The notes below the pieces were generated by a model that saw only the letters and a program-made list of their open reading frames with translations, did not search any database and was not told where the DNA came from. A stretch of 64,000 bases of DNA from assembly GCF_024502345.1 (NCBI RefSeq), contig NZ_JALDNN010000001.1. One strand, given 5' to 3'. This DNA is from Escherichia coli. Its GTDB lineage: Bacteria > Pseudomonadota > Gammaproteobacteria > Enterobacterales > Enterobacteriaceae. Both the position numbers and the translations under genes were made by a program. Positions 14,396 through 23,289 of this stretch are shown here, piece by piece; position 1 is the stretch's first letter, and the number at the start of each line of letters is the position of its first letter.

Positions 14396-15811
14396 TCAGA
14401 AGAAGTATTTAAAGCGAACGCGTGCGCCGTAACGGTCATCAGTATCATCACCGTGTTTTTTATCACCGTCGCTATCCAGAATGGAGTAATACGTCCCGAG
14501 GTAAATATTAAAGTTCTCCATATCCATCACATTAGCGAACTGATAAGACGCATGAATGGTGTGAATGGAGTACGTCCCTTCATCATCAATCCAGCAGTCG
14601 TTATCACAAACTACACCGCTGAATTCATCAATCTTATTGTGCGCGTAGATATAACCGAGCTCGAAACGTTTCCACAGCGCGTTAATCCCGGCAGTGAAAT
14701 CTTTCTCATTATTAGCATCTAAATAGGCGGTATTAAGATTAACCACAATGCCATTGTCCGGATCCGTTTTCAGGCCGTTCCAGGTCATGCTCATCCCATA
14801 GCCGGTACGATCGGACTGATCGACAAAATTACCCTTGCTATCGGTATAACCATAAGCATTATTTACCACGTTCGCTTCCATCGCTGCGGAAACGGTGAAT
14901 TCTTCCGTCGGCGACCAGGCAATTACTGGGCGCAGATAAGCAACATTTTTCTGCTGCTCCATATCGCGTCCATGATAATTACCGTCATTATATAAAGATG
15001 TTCCGTCTTCAAGTAACGTGTTTAATTCAAAATACCAGTTATCGAGTTGTTTGCTGACGAGGAAATTACCGCCAGCGTTAGAGCGCCCGCGGCCCTCTTT
15101 CATCATATAGATATAACCGCTGCCATCGTCATAAAGATCGTTCGCAGTATTACCGGAATGTTCAACAAAGGTATCCTGATTCAGCGGGAACATATCGTAG
15201 GCTTCAAAACGGCCTACTTTGACCTTCCAGTCGTTTTCTTTGCCAAAGAAGAATACCGCATCATCGATATTTACTGAACCGTGCATATCACCCAGCGGTT
15301 GTGCGGAGAACCCGGAGAAATAACCGTTGTCCATCTTTCGCATACCGTCAAAACCTAACAGAATACGACCATTGAGATTCCACTGTTCATTAGTGGGATC
15401 GCTATTCACATCAGCGTTGGTCATTGCCAGCAGGCCATGATTACTTTCCGCATCCATATTAAATTCTACGTCGCCGTAGATTTTTAAATCGCCATAACCT
15501 GAAAGCAAAAGATTAGGTGAGGTGGCATTTTTCTTTGCAGATTCCGCCGTTGCCTGTCCATTTACCGGCGTATTGCCCTGAGCGGCCTTAATTTCGCGGA
15601 TCTCAGCGGCTTGTTGTGTCTGCAGCTGTTTAACCTGGCTCTCTGCTTTTGCCGCCCGCATTTCTGCCGCTTCCAGGCGTTCTTCCAGCAATGCCATGCG
15701 TTGTTCCAGCAATGCCATGCGTTGTTCCAGCGTTAAATGCTGTGTTTTTGCCATACCGGTACTACATGCCAATAATAAACCGATGGCTAAAGATAATGTC
15801 GATTTTTTCAT
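14396..15811 (-). CDS. Putative outer-membrane sugar porin (ScrY/OprB-like beta-barrel) with signal peptide and N-terminal coiled-coil extension, 471 aa
   Basis: N-terminus MKKSTLSLAIGLLLACSTGMA (signal peptide), then heptad-rich LEQRMALLEQRMALLEERLEAAEMRAAKAESQVKQLQ, then Y/G/N/D-rich alternating segments and C-terminal ...RVRFKYFF typical of OM beta-barrels; SD aggga 9 nt upstream of ATG. Family assignment is from sequence features only. Confidence 0.7.
   Translation of the reverse strand: MKKSTLSLAIGLLLACSTGMAKTQHLTLEQRMALLEQRMALLEERLEAAEMRAAKAESQVKQLQTQQAAEIREIKAAQGNTPVNGQATAESAKKNATSPNLLLSGYGDLKIYGDVEFNMDAESNHGLLAMTNADVNSDPTNEQWNLNGRILLGFDGMRKMDNGYFSGFSAQPLGDMHGSVNIDDAVFFFGKENDWKVKVGRFEAYDMFPLNQDTFVEHSGNTANDLYDDGSGYIYMMKEGRGRSNAGGNFLVSKQLDNWYFELNTLLEDGTSLYNDGNYHGRDMEQQKNVAYLRPVIAWSPTEEFTVSAAMEANVVNNAYGYTDSKGNFVDQSDRTGYGMSMTWNGLKTDPDNGIVVNLNTAYLDANNEKDFTAGINALWKRFELGYIYAHNKIDEFSGVVCDNDCWIDDEGTYSIHTIHASYQFANVMDMENFNIYLGTYYSILDSDGDKKHGDDTDDRYGARVRFKYFF
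15685..15726 (-). repeat. Perfect 21-bp tandem duplication inside the porin coiled-coil region (encodes LEQRMAL twice)
   Basis: ccagcaatgccatgcgttgtt occurs twice consecutively (15685-15705 and 15706-15726), in frame. Confidence 0.9.
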
Positions 15812-16288
15812 TATTTACGTTCCCTGAAATAAAGGAGACCCTACGCTTTCCAAAAGGAATACGTATATAGAGAAATATAAGGTGTGCACTTTCGAATTTT
15901 TAATCCAACTTCAGCAGGCCGATGGATAGTATCCCGCCGCATAATATGAGTAAATCCGCTGATTTCCTGGAACGTGAGGAATATAACAATAGTGCCGTTT
16001 TTAACTAAATATCGTAAAAAATATTAGATATGATTCACGCTGACTCATAAGCCACAAATATAAATAACGTTTAGACAAATTATCTGAGACATTTAAACAT
16101 TCACAAAATCATTAAATAATAACTCTTTATTCACAAGATTTATTTTACCTACTAATATGTGCCTTACGCCGCAAAATTTATCCTTCACTCTGCTTTATAT
16201 TGTCACGACTTCACGACATATCCGCGCTCATCACAAACCCGCCCCGCTATTACAATTAACTGAAATATTTTTTCATGGAGTCCGATTA

Positions 16289-16735
16289 ATGGCAGCTCTT
16301 ACTGCAAGCTGTATTGACCTGAATATTCAGGGCAATGGCGCTTATTCCGTTCTGAAGCAGTTGGCGACAATGGCGTTACAAAACGGTTTTATCACCGACT
16401 CACACCAGTTCCTGCAAACCCTGCTGCTGCGCGAAAAAATGCACTCCACCGGTTTTGGTTCTGGTGTCGCCGTGCCGCACGGTAAAAGCGCCTGCGTTAA
16501 ACAACCGTTCGTGTTATTCGCCCGCAAAGCGCAGGCTATTGACTGGAAAGCCAGCGACGGCGAAGACGTCAATTGCTGGATCTGCCTCGGCGTACCGCAA
16601 AGTGGCGAAGAGGATCAGGTCAAAATCATCGGCACACTGTGTCGCAAAATTATTCACCAGGAATTTATTCATCAACTGCAACAGGGCGATACCGACCAGG
16701 TGCTTGCCTTGTTAAATCAAACCCTCAGCTCATAA
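16289..16735 (+). CDS. frvA: PTS fructose-like EIIA component, 148 aa
   Basis: Internal Met MAALTASCIDLNIQGNGAYSVLKQLA... of ORF 16157..16735; EIIA(Fru/Ntr) fold with HGKSACV. Confidence 0.85.
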   Translation: MAALTASCIDLNIQGNGAYSVLKQLATMALQNGFITDSHQFLQTLLLREKMHSTGFGSGVAVPHGKSACVKQPFVLFARKAQAIDWKASDGEDVNCWICLGVPQSGEEDQVKIIGTLCRKIIHQEFIHQLQQGDTDQVLALLNQTLSS

Positions 16736-16745
16736 GGAAGTGGCG

Positions 16746-18197
16746 ATGGAGTCATCCTTACGTATTGTCGCGATCACCAACTGCCCCGCCGGGATCGCTC
16801 ACACCTACATGGTGGCGGAAGCCCTGGAACAGAAAGCCCGTTCTCTCGGCCATACCATTAAAGTGGAAACTCAAGGATCGAGCGGCGTCGAAAACCGCTT
16901 ATCCAGCGAAGAGATTGCCGCCGCCGATTACGTCATTCTCGCTACCGGGCGTGGCCTGAGCGGTGATGATCGCGCGCGGTTTGCCGGGAAGAAAGTTTAT
17001 GAGATTGCCATCTCCCAGGCGTTGAAAAATATCGACCAGATTTTCAGCGAATTACCGACAAACTCGCAGCTTTTTGCCGCAGATAGCGGCGTGAAGCTTG
17101 GCAAACAGGAAGTGCAAAGCGGCAGCGTGATGAGCCACCTGATGGCGGGCGTCTCTGCGGCGCTGCCGTTTGTCATCGGCGGTGGTATCCTGGTGGCGCT
17201 TGCCAACATGCTGGTGCAGTTCGGTTTGCCGTATACCGATATGTCGAAAGGCGCGCCGTCGTTTACCTGGGTAGTTGAATCCATCGGTTACCTTGGCTTC
17301 ACCTTTATGATCCCCATCATGGGCGCTTATATTGCCTCGTCGATTGCCGATAAACCGGCTTTCGCTCCGGCGTTTCTGGTTTGCTATCTGGCGAACGACA
17401 AAGCGCTGCTCGGCACCCAGTCGGGTGCGGGATTCCTCGGCGCGGTGGTGCTGGGGCTGGCGATTGGCTATTTCGTCTTCTGGTTCCGCAAAGTGCGCCT
17501 TGGCAAAGCATTACAACCGCTGCTCGGTTCAATGCTGATCCCGTTCGTTACTCTGCTGGTTTTCGGCGTGCTCACTTACTACGTTATCGGGCCGGTGATG
17601 TCCGACCTCATGGGCGGGCTGCTCCACTTCCTGAATACCATTCCTCCATCAATGAAGTTTGCGGCAGCGTTTCTGGTCGGTGCGATGCTGGCGTTCGATA
17701 TGGGCGGCCCCATCAATAAAACCGCCTGGTTCTTCTGCTTCTCACTGCTGGAAAAACACATTTATGACTGGTACGCCATCGTCGGCGTTGTCGCGCTGAT
17801 GCCGCCCGTTGCGGCGGGTCTTGCGACGTTCATTGCGCCCAAACTGTTTACCCGACAGGAAAAAGAGGCTGCCAGTAGTGCCATTGTGGTAGGTGCCACA
17901 GTCGCAACCGAACCGGCTATACCTTACGCTCTGGCAGCTCCGTTGCCGATGATTACCGCCAATACGCTGGCGGGTGGCATTACCGGCGTGCTGGTGATCG
18001 CTTTCGGAATCAAACGTCTGGCACCTGGTTTGGGTATCTTTGACCCGCTGATCGGCCTGATGTCGCCGGTGGGTTCGTTTTATCTGGTGCTGGCGATTGG
18101 CCTCGCGCTGAACATTTCATTCATTATCGTCCTGAAAGGATTGTGGTTACGCCGCAAAGCGAAAGCCGCGCAACAGGAGCTTGTCCATGAACATTGA
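16746..18197 (+). CDS. frvB: PTS fructose-like EIIBC component, 483 aa
   Basis: ORF 16740..18197, MESSLRIVAITNCPAGIAHTYMVAEALE... (EIIB CPAG motif) followed by polytopic EIIC. Confidence 0.85.
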   Translation: MESSLRIVAITNCPAGIAHTYMVAEALEQKARSLGHTIKVETQGSSGVENRLSSEEIAAADYVILATGRGLSGDDRARFAGKKVYEIAISQALKNIDQIFSELPTNSQLFAADSGVKLGKQEVQSGSVMSHLMAGVSAALPFVIGGGILVALANMLVQFGLPYTDMSKGAPSFTWVVESIGYLGFTFMIPIMGAYIASSIADKPAFAPAFLVCYLANDKALLGTQSGAGFLGAVVLGLAIGYFVFWFRKVRLGKALQPLLGSMLIPFVTLLVFGVLTYYVIGPVMSDLMGGLLHFLNTIPPSMKFAAAFLVGAMLAFDMGGPINKTAWFFCFSLLEKHIYDWYAIVGVVALMPPVAAGLATFIAPKLFTRQEKEAASSAIVVGATVATEPAIPYALAAPLPMITANTLAGGITGVLVIAFGIKRLAPGLGIFDPLIGLMSPVGSFYLVLAIGLALNISFIIVLKGLWLRRKAKAAQQELVHEH

Positions 18198-19257
18198 GTT
18201 ACTGCAACAGTTGTGCGAAGCCAGCGCCGTCAGCGGCGATGAACAGGAAGTTCGCGACATTCTGATAAACACGCTGGAACCTTGCGTTAATGAGATCACC
18301 TTTGATGGTCTGGGCAGCTTTGTTGCCCGTAAGGGGAATAAAGGTCCAAAAGTTGCCGTTGTCGGGCATATGGATGAAGTCGGCTTTATGGTCACCCACA
18401 TCGACGAGAGCGGTTTTCTGCGTTTCACCACCATTGGTGGCTGGTGGAATCAGTCAATGCTCAACCACCGGGTAACCATACGCACACACAAGGGATTTAA
18501 AATCCCTGGTGTGATTGGTTCCGTCGCACCTCATGCGTTAACGGAAAAGCAAAAGCAACAGCCGCTGTCATTTGATGAGATGTTCATTGATATTGGCGCG
18601 AACAGTCGCGATGAGGTGGAAAAACGCGGTGTGGCGATGGGCGATTTTATTAGCCCGGAAGCCAATTTTGCCTGCTGGGGCGAAGATAAAGTGGTCGGCA
18701 AGGCGCTGGATAACCGCATCGGCTGCGCAATGATGGCTGAACTATTGCAGACGGTGAATAATCCCGAAATTACGCTGTATGGCGTCGGCAGCGTGGAAGA
18801 AGAAGTTGGGCTACGCGGGGCACAAACCTCGGCGGAACACATTAAACCGGATGTGGTGATTGTGCTGGATACCGCTGTCGCAGGTGATGTTCCGGGCATT
18901 GATAACATTAAATACCCGCTGAAACTGGGCCAGGGGCCGGGGCTGATGCTGTTTGACAAGCGCTACTTCCCCAACCAGAAACTGGTAGCAGCGTTTAAAA
19001 ACTGTGCCACGCAGAATGATTTACCGCTGCAATTTTCCACCATGAAAACCGGAGCGACGGATGGCGGGCGCTACAACGTGATGGGCGGCGGGCGTCCGGT
19101 TGTCGCGCTGTGTCTGCCAACTCGTTATCTGCACGCCAACAGCGGTATGATTTCAAAAGCCGATTACGATGCTCTGCTCACGCTGATACGGGGTTTTCTG
19201 ACCACCTTAACTGCGGAGAAAGTCAACGCGTTTAGCCAGTTCCGTCAGGTGGATTAA
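18187..19257 (+). CDS. frvX: M42-family aminopeptidase/endoglucanase-like FrvX, about 356 aa
   Basis: ORF 18181..19257 MSMNIELLQQLCEASAVSGDEQEVRDIL...; exact start among the first three codons uncertain. Confidence 0.8.
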   Translation: MNIELLQQLCEASAVSGDEQEVRDILINTLEPCVNEITFDGLGSFVARKGNKGPKVAVVGHMDEVGFMVTHIDESGFLRFTTIGGWWNQSMLNHRVTIRTHKGFKIPGVIGSVAPHALTEKQKQQPLSFDEMFIDIGANSRDEVEKRGVAMGDFISPEANFACWGEDKVVGKALDNRIGCAMMAELLQTVNNPEITLYGVGSVEEEVGLRGAQTSAEHIKPDVVIVLDTAVAGDVPGIDNIKYPLKLGQGPGLMLFDKRYFPNQKLVAAFKNCATQNDLPLQFSTMKTGATDGGRYNVMGGGRPVVALCLPTRYLHANSGMISKADYDALLTLIRGFLTTLTAEKVNAFSQFRQVD

Positions 19258-21005
19258 TGCTAAACGAACGCCAGTTAAAGATTGTCGATCTGCTGGAGCA
19301 ACAGCCGCGCACGCCTGGCGAGCTGGCGCAACAGACTGGCGTTTCAGGCAGGACCATCCTGCGTGATATTGACTATCTCAACTTTACCCTTAACGGCAAA
19401 GCCCGCATTTTCGCCAGTGGCAGTGCGGGCTATCAGCTGGAAATCTTCGAGCGCCGCAGCTTTTTTCAGTTGCTGCAAAAGCACGATAACGACGATCGGC
19501 TGCTGGCGCTGTTATTACTGAATACCTTTACTCCCCGTGCGCAACTCGCCTCGGCGCTTAATTTGCCAGAAACGTGGGTCGCAGAGCGTCTGCCCCGGTT
19601 AAAACAGCGTTATGAACACGCTTGTTGCCTGGCCAGCCGCCCCGGTTTGGGCCATTTCATTGATGAGACAGAAGAGAAGCGCGTTATCTTGCTGGCGAAC
19701 TTGCTGCGCAAAGATCCGTTTTTAATTCCGCTGGCGGGCATAACACGAGACAACCTTCAGCATTTATCCACGGCCTGCGACAACCAACACCGCTGGCCGC
19801 TCATGCAGGGTGATTATCTCTCCAGCCTGATTCTGGCGATTTACGCCCTGCGTAATCAACTGACCGATGAGTGGCCGCAATATCCCGGTGACGAGATAAA
19901 ACAAATCGTTGAACATAGCGGTCTGTTTCTTGGTGATAACGCTGTAAGAACCCTGACGGGTTTGATAGAGAAACAGCATCAGCAAGCGCAGGTAATTTCA
20001 GCCGATCATGTGCTGGGGTTGCTGCAAAGGGTGCCAGGCATCGCGTCATTGAATATTATTGATACGCAGTTGGTTGAGAACATTACCGGGCATTTATTAC
20101 GTTGCCTTGCCGCACCGGTGTGGATTGCTGAGCACCGCCAAAGCAGCATGAATAACCTGAAAGCAGCCTGGCCTGCGGCCTTTGATATGAGTCTGCACTT
20201 TATTACGCTACTGCGTGAACAGCTCGATATTCCCCTTTTCGACAGCGATCTGATCGGTTTGTATTTTGCCTGTGCGCTGGAACGGCATCAAAACGAACGC
20301 CAGCCGATCATTTTGCTCTCGGACCAGAACGCGATTGCCACTATTAATCAGCTCGCCATTGAGCGCGATGTTTTACATTGTCGGGTGATTATTGCCCGTA
20401 GCTTAAGCGAACTTGTTGCCATTCGCGAAGAGATTGAGCCGTTATTGATCATTAACAACAGCCATTATTTACTGGATGACGCGGTAAATAATTACATCAC
20501 CGTAAAAAATATCATTACGGCTGCCGGTATCGAACAAATAAAACATTTTCTGGCGACGGCATTTATTCGCCAACAGCCGGAGCGTTTTTTCTCTGCCCCC
20601 GGAAGTTTTCATTATTCGAATGTACGCGGTGAAAGCTGGCAACATATTACCCGGCAAATTTGTGCGCAATTAGTGGCACAACACCATATTACCGCCGATG
20701 AAGCGCAACGGATCATCGCCCGCGAAGGCGAAGGTGAAAACCTGATTGTTAATCGCCTCGCCATCCCACATTGCTGGAGCGAACAGGAGCGACGTTTTCG
20801 TGGATTTTTTATTACCCTCGCCCAACCAGTTGAGGTGAATAACGAAGTCATTAACCATGTCTTGATCGCCTGCGCCGCCGCCGATGCGCGTCATGAGCTA
20901 AAAATATTTAGCTATCTGGCAAGCATATTGTGTCAGCATCCGGCGGAGGTTATTGCCGGGTTAACAGGATATGAGGCATTTATGGAGTTACTTCACAAGG
21001 GGTGA
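19257..21005 (+). CDS. frvR: Transcriptional regulator FrvR (HTH + PRD/EIIA-like domains), 582 aa
   Basis: ORF MLNERQLKIVDLLEQQPRTPGELAQQTGVSGRTILRDIDYLN... Confidence 0.85.
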   Translation: MLNERQLKIVDLLEQQPRTPGELAQQTGVSGRTILRDIDYLNFTLNGKARIFASGSAGYQLEIFERRSFFQLLQKHDNDDRLLALLLLNTFTPRAQLASALNLPETWVAERLPRLKQRYEHACCLASRPGLGHFIDETEEKRVILLANLLRKDPFLIPLAGITRDNLQHLSTACDNQHRWPLMQGDYLSSLILAIYALRNQLTDEWPQYPGDEIKQIVEHSGLFLGDNAVRTLTGLIEKQHQQAQVISADHVLGLLQRVPGIASLNIIDTQLVENITGHLLRCLAAPVWIAEHRQSSMNNLKAAWPAAFDMSLHFITLLREQLDIPLFDSDLIGLYFACALERHQNERQPIILLSDQNAIATINQLAIERDVLHCRVIIARSLSELVAIREEIEPLLIINNSHYLLDDAVNNYITVKNIITAAGIEQIKHFLATAFIRQQPERFFSAPGSFHYSNVRGESWQHITRQICAQLVAQHHITADEAQRIIAREGEGENLIVNRLAIPHCWSEQERRFRGFFITLAQPVEVNNEVINHVLIACAAADARHELKIFSYLASILCQHPAEVIAGLTGYEAFMELLHKG

Positions 21006-21008
21006 ACT

Positions 21009-21033
21009 GTGTCGGATGCGCCGCATCCGACAC
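21009..21033. terminator. Perfect 12-bp-stem hairpin between convergent frvR and yiiG
   Basis: gtgtcggatgcg-c-cgcatccgacac immediately after the frvR stop; no clear U-run, so may be structural rather than a true terminator. Confidence 0.4.
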
Positions 21034-21054
21034 TGCATTTATCATCAAAAACGT

Positions 21055-22110
21055 TTAACGCAGGCTATTATAGTCATCAACCATTTCGTTGTACTCGCGT
21101 AATGCTCTCGGGAAAGAGTCTTCGACCATCCAGCTTGAGTTTGCGTCCTGAAGTTGCTCTTTATCCCAGTCAGAGTACGGGACTTTATCTCTGATGCGGC
21201 GAACGTATTTTTTAGCCTCGAGTTGATACTGGCCTGCCGAATTAATAAACGAGAAATTCATGCCGCCTTTATCCGCTTCTTTGGCCTGCGCCACTAGCGT
21301 TTCCAGTTCAGACACTTTCTTCATTGCCGCATCAACATCAAACTTCTCTTGCGATATCAGGTTATTAATTTGTTTCGCTGAAATCATGACTGCCAGAGAA
21401 TAGTAGTGAAATGTTTTCCCTTCTCTTTCTTCAATATTTTTCAGTTCCGCAAGCTGGCGCTTATCGTTAATTTCCTGAATCGCCGCATGATAAGATTCTG
21501 CTACAGGTTCAAAGGTTTCCAGATTTTTTAAGAATGTCTGGTGCAGCGTTTTCCCTTTCGCAAACGCATCGTCTTTATAATTTTCCTGGGTGTAATATTT
21601 ATCCATTTCGTTAATGGTATTACCCAACGCCACGGCAGCATCGATATAACTCACCGCCACGCCATCAATTGGTTGCAGCGCAGGCGTTAACGCCACAGCA
21701 CTTTTTACGCCTTTTTCACACTCAGCGAGGTTGGATTCACTAATGCCGTAGATGCCATAAACAGTACGCTCTTCACCGGTAGGCCCCTGTTTAAAATCTT
21801 TCAGCCAGTCAACATAACGCGCCAGACTGCGCTGTACAGGGATCTGTAACTTGTTATAGCACTTGATATAGACATCCATTTTTTCGTCGAAAACCGCTTG
21901 TTCATCGACCACCGGTTGCGCAGGTGTTTCAGGTTTAGCTTCTGCTTTTGCAACGGGAGCTTCAGTAGGTTTCGCTTCAGGAGCTGGTGCGGCAGGTTGA
22001 CTATTGGCAGGCGGGGGCGTTTCTGTTTCGGCTTTTTTATCATCACAACCCGTCAGACCGAGGGCCATGATGGCGACTATAATAGCGGAAGATAATAAAT
22101 TCCTTTTCAT
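21055..22110 (-). CDS. yiiG: Lipoprotein YiiG, 351 aa
   Basis: ORF MKRNLLSSAIIVAIMALGLTGCDDKK... with lipobox LTGC and Pro/Ala/Glu-rich linker. Confidence 0.85.
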   Translation of the reverse strand: MKRNLLSSAIIVAIMALGLTGCDDKKAETETPPPANSQPAAPAPEAKPTEAPVAKAEAKPETPAQPVVDEQAVFDEKMDVYIKCYNKLQIPVQRSLARYVDWLKDFKQGPTGEERTVYGIYGISESNLAECEKGVKSAVALTPALQPIDGVAVSYIDAAVALGNTINEMDKYYTQENYKDDAFAKGKTLHQTFLKNLETFEPVAESYHAAIQEINDKRQLAELKNIEEREGKTFHYYSLAVMISAKQINNLISQEKFDVDAAMKKVSELETLVAQAKEADKGGMNFSFINSAGQYQLEAKKYVRRIRDKVPYSDWDKEQLQDANSSWMVEDSFPRALREYNEMVDDYNSLR

Positions 22111-22262
22111 TTAATTGCCTTATAAATATATAGATAAGAGAGTGAACATAATAAATGAAAAAAGAAAACGCCACTACACGCGTTTTATTTATAAATAAAA
22201 TAATAAAATTCACGAAATGAATAAGTCCTGCAATTTAATATATATCGCAGGACTTATTTTAA

Positions 22263-23096
22263 TTAATTGCTCAAACGCTGCGGATGGGTATAAACCGTTG
22301 CCCGACCCGGTTTACAAAAACCTACCAGTGTCAGATTACAGCGCTCAGCCACTTCTACAGCAAGCGTGGTCGCGGCAGACACCGCAAACAAAATCTCTAC
22401 GCCGCACATCGCCGACTTTTGCACCATTTCATAACTGGCACGACTGGAAACCAGTACCGCACCTTGCTGCCAGCTTTCCCCTTCTTGTGACCGGCGGCCT
22501 AACAGTTTGTCCAGCGCCACATGGCGACCCACGTCTTCATGCCCGCCGACCAATTCGCCAGATGGCAACATCCAGGCAGCGGCGTGAGTACAACCAGTCA
22601 GTTGCCCCACTGGCTGAAAATCGTTGAGATGACGTAATGCATCATCCAGTTTGTTGAGATCAAACGTCTGGGTGAACGGTAGCGGCTGCACCGGTTTTCC
22701 GATGTCATTAAGTTGCTCCACGCCGCATACACCACAGCCCGTACGTCCCGCCAGCGCCCGGCGACGCTCCTTCAACCCCATAAAGCGGCGGCTGGAAAGC
22801 TCAATTTGTACTTCAAGACCATTACAGGAAGGAACGACATCCATGCCGAAGATATCGCGCGGACTTTCGATAATCCCCTCTGAAAGCGAAAAACCGAGTG
22901 CAAAGTACTCAAGGTCTTTGGGTGACGCCATCATCACCACATGCGAAATGCCGTTGTAGACCAGCGCAACGGGAACTTCTTCCGCGACCTCATCTAACCG
23001 TGGGTGTTGTAAATCATCACGCCGCCATAACTCAATTTGACGAACACCTGTGATATTTGTCACATTTTTGATTTCTTTTTGCTGTGTTTTTTTCAC
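22263..23096 (-). CDS. fdhD: Formate dehydrogenase accessory sulfurtransferase FdhD, 277 aa
   Basis: [59 protein letters not shown]... Confidence 0.9.
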   Translation of the reverse strand: MKKTQQKEIKNVTNITGVRQIELWRRDDLQHPRLDEVAEEVPVALVYNGISHVVMMASPKDLEYFALGFSLSEGIIESPRDIFGMDVVPSCNGLEVQIELSSRRFMGLKERRRALAGRTGCGVCGVEQLNDIGKPVQPLPFTQTFDLNKLDDALRHLNDFQPVGQLTGCTHAAAWMLPSGELVGGHEDVGRHVALDKLLGRRSQEGESWQQGAVLVSSRASYEMVQKSAMCGVEILFAVSAATTLAVEVAERCNLTLVGFCKPGRATVYTHPQRLSN

Positions 23097-23289
23097 TTTC
23101 TCTTAACCAGATAAGAACACACACACCAACATTATGGTATTCTGTTACAAACCCTTCCTGGATGGAGGGAAATTGAGCCAATTCTGGACCTTTGCGGCCC
23201 CTTCCGCAAAGAAAAATAACTCCCACTCCCTGCACACGCAGCAAGCGAATGTAAATGGGACGTGACAATGTCGAAACAAGGAGCAATCC

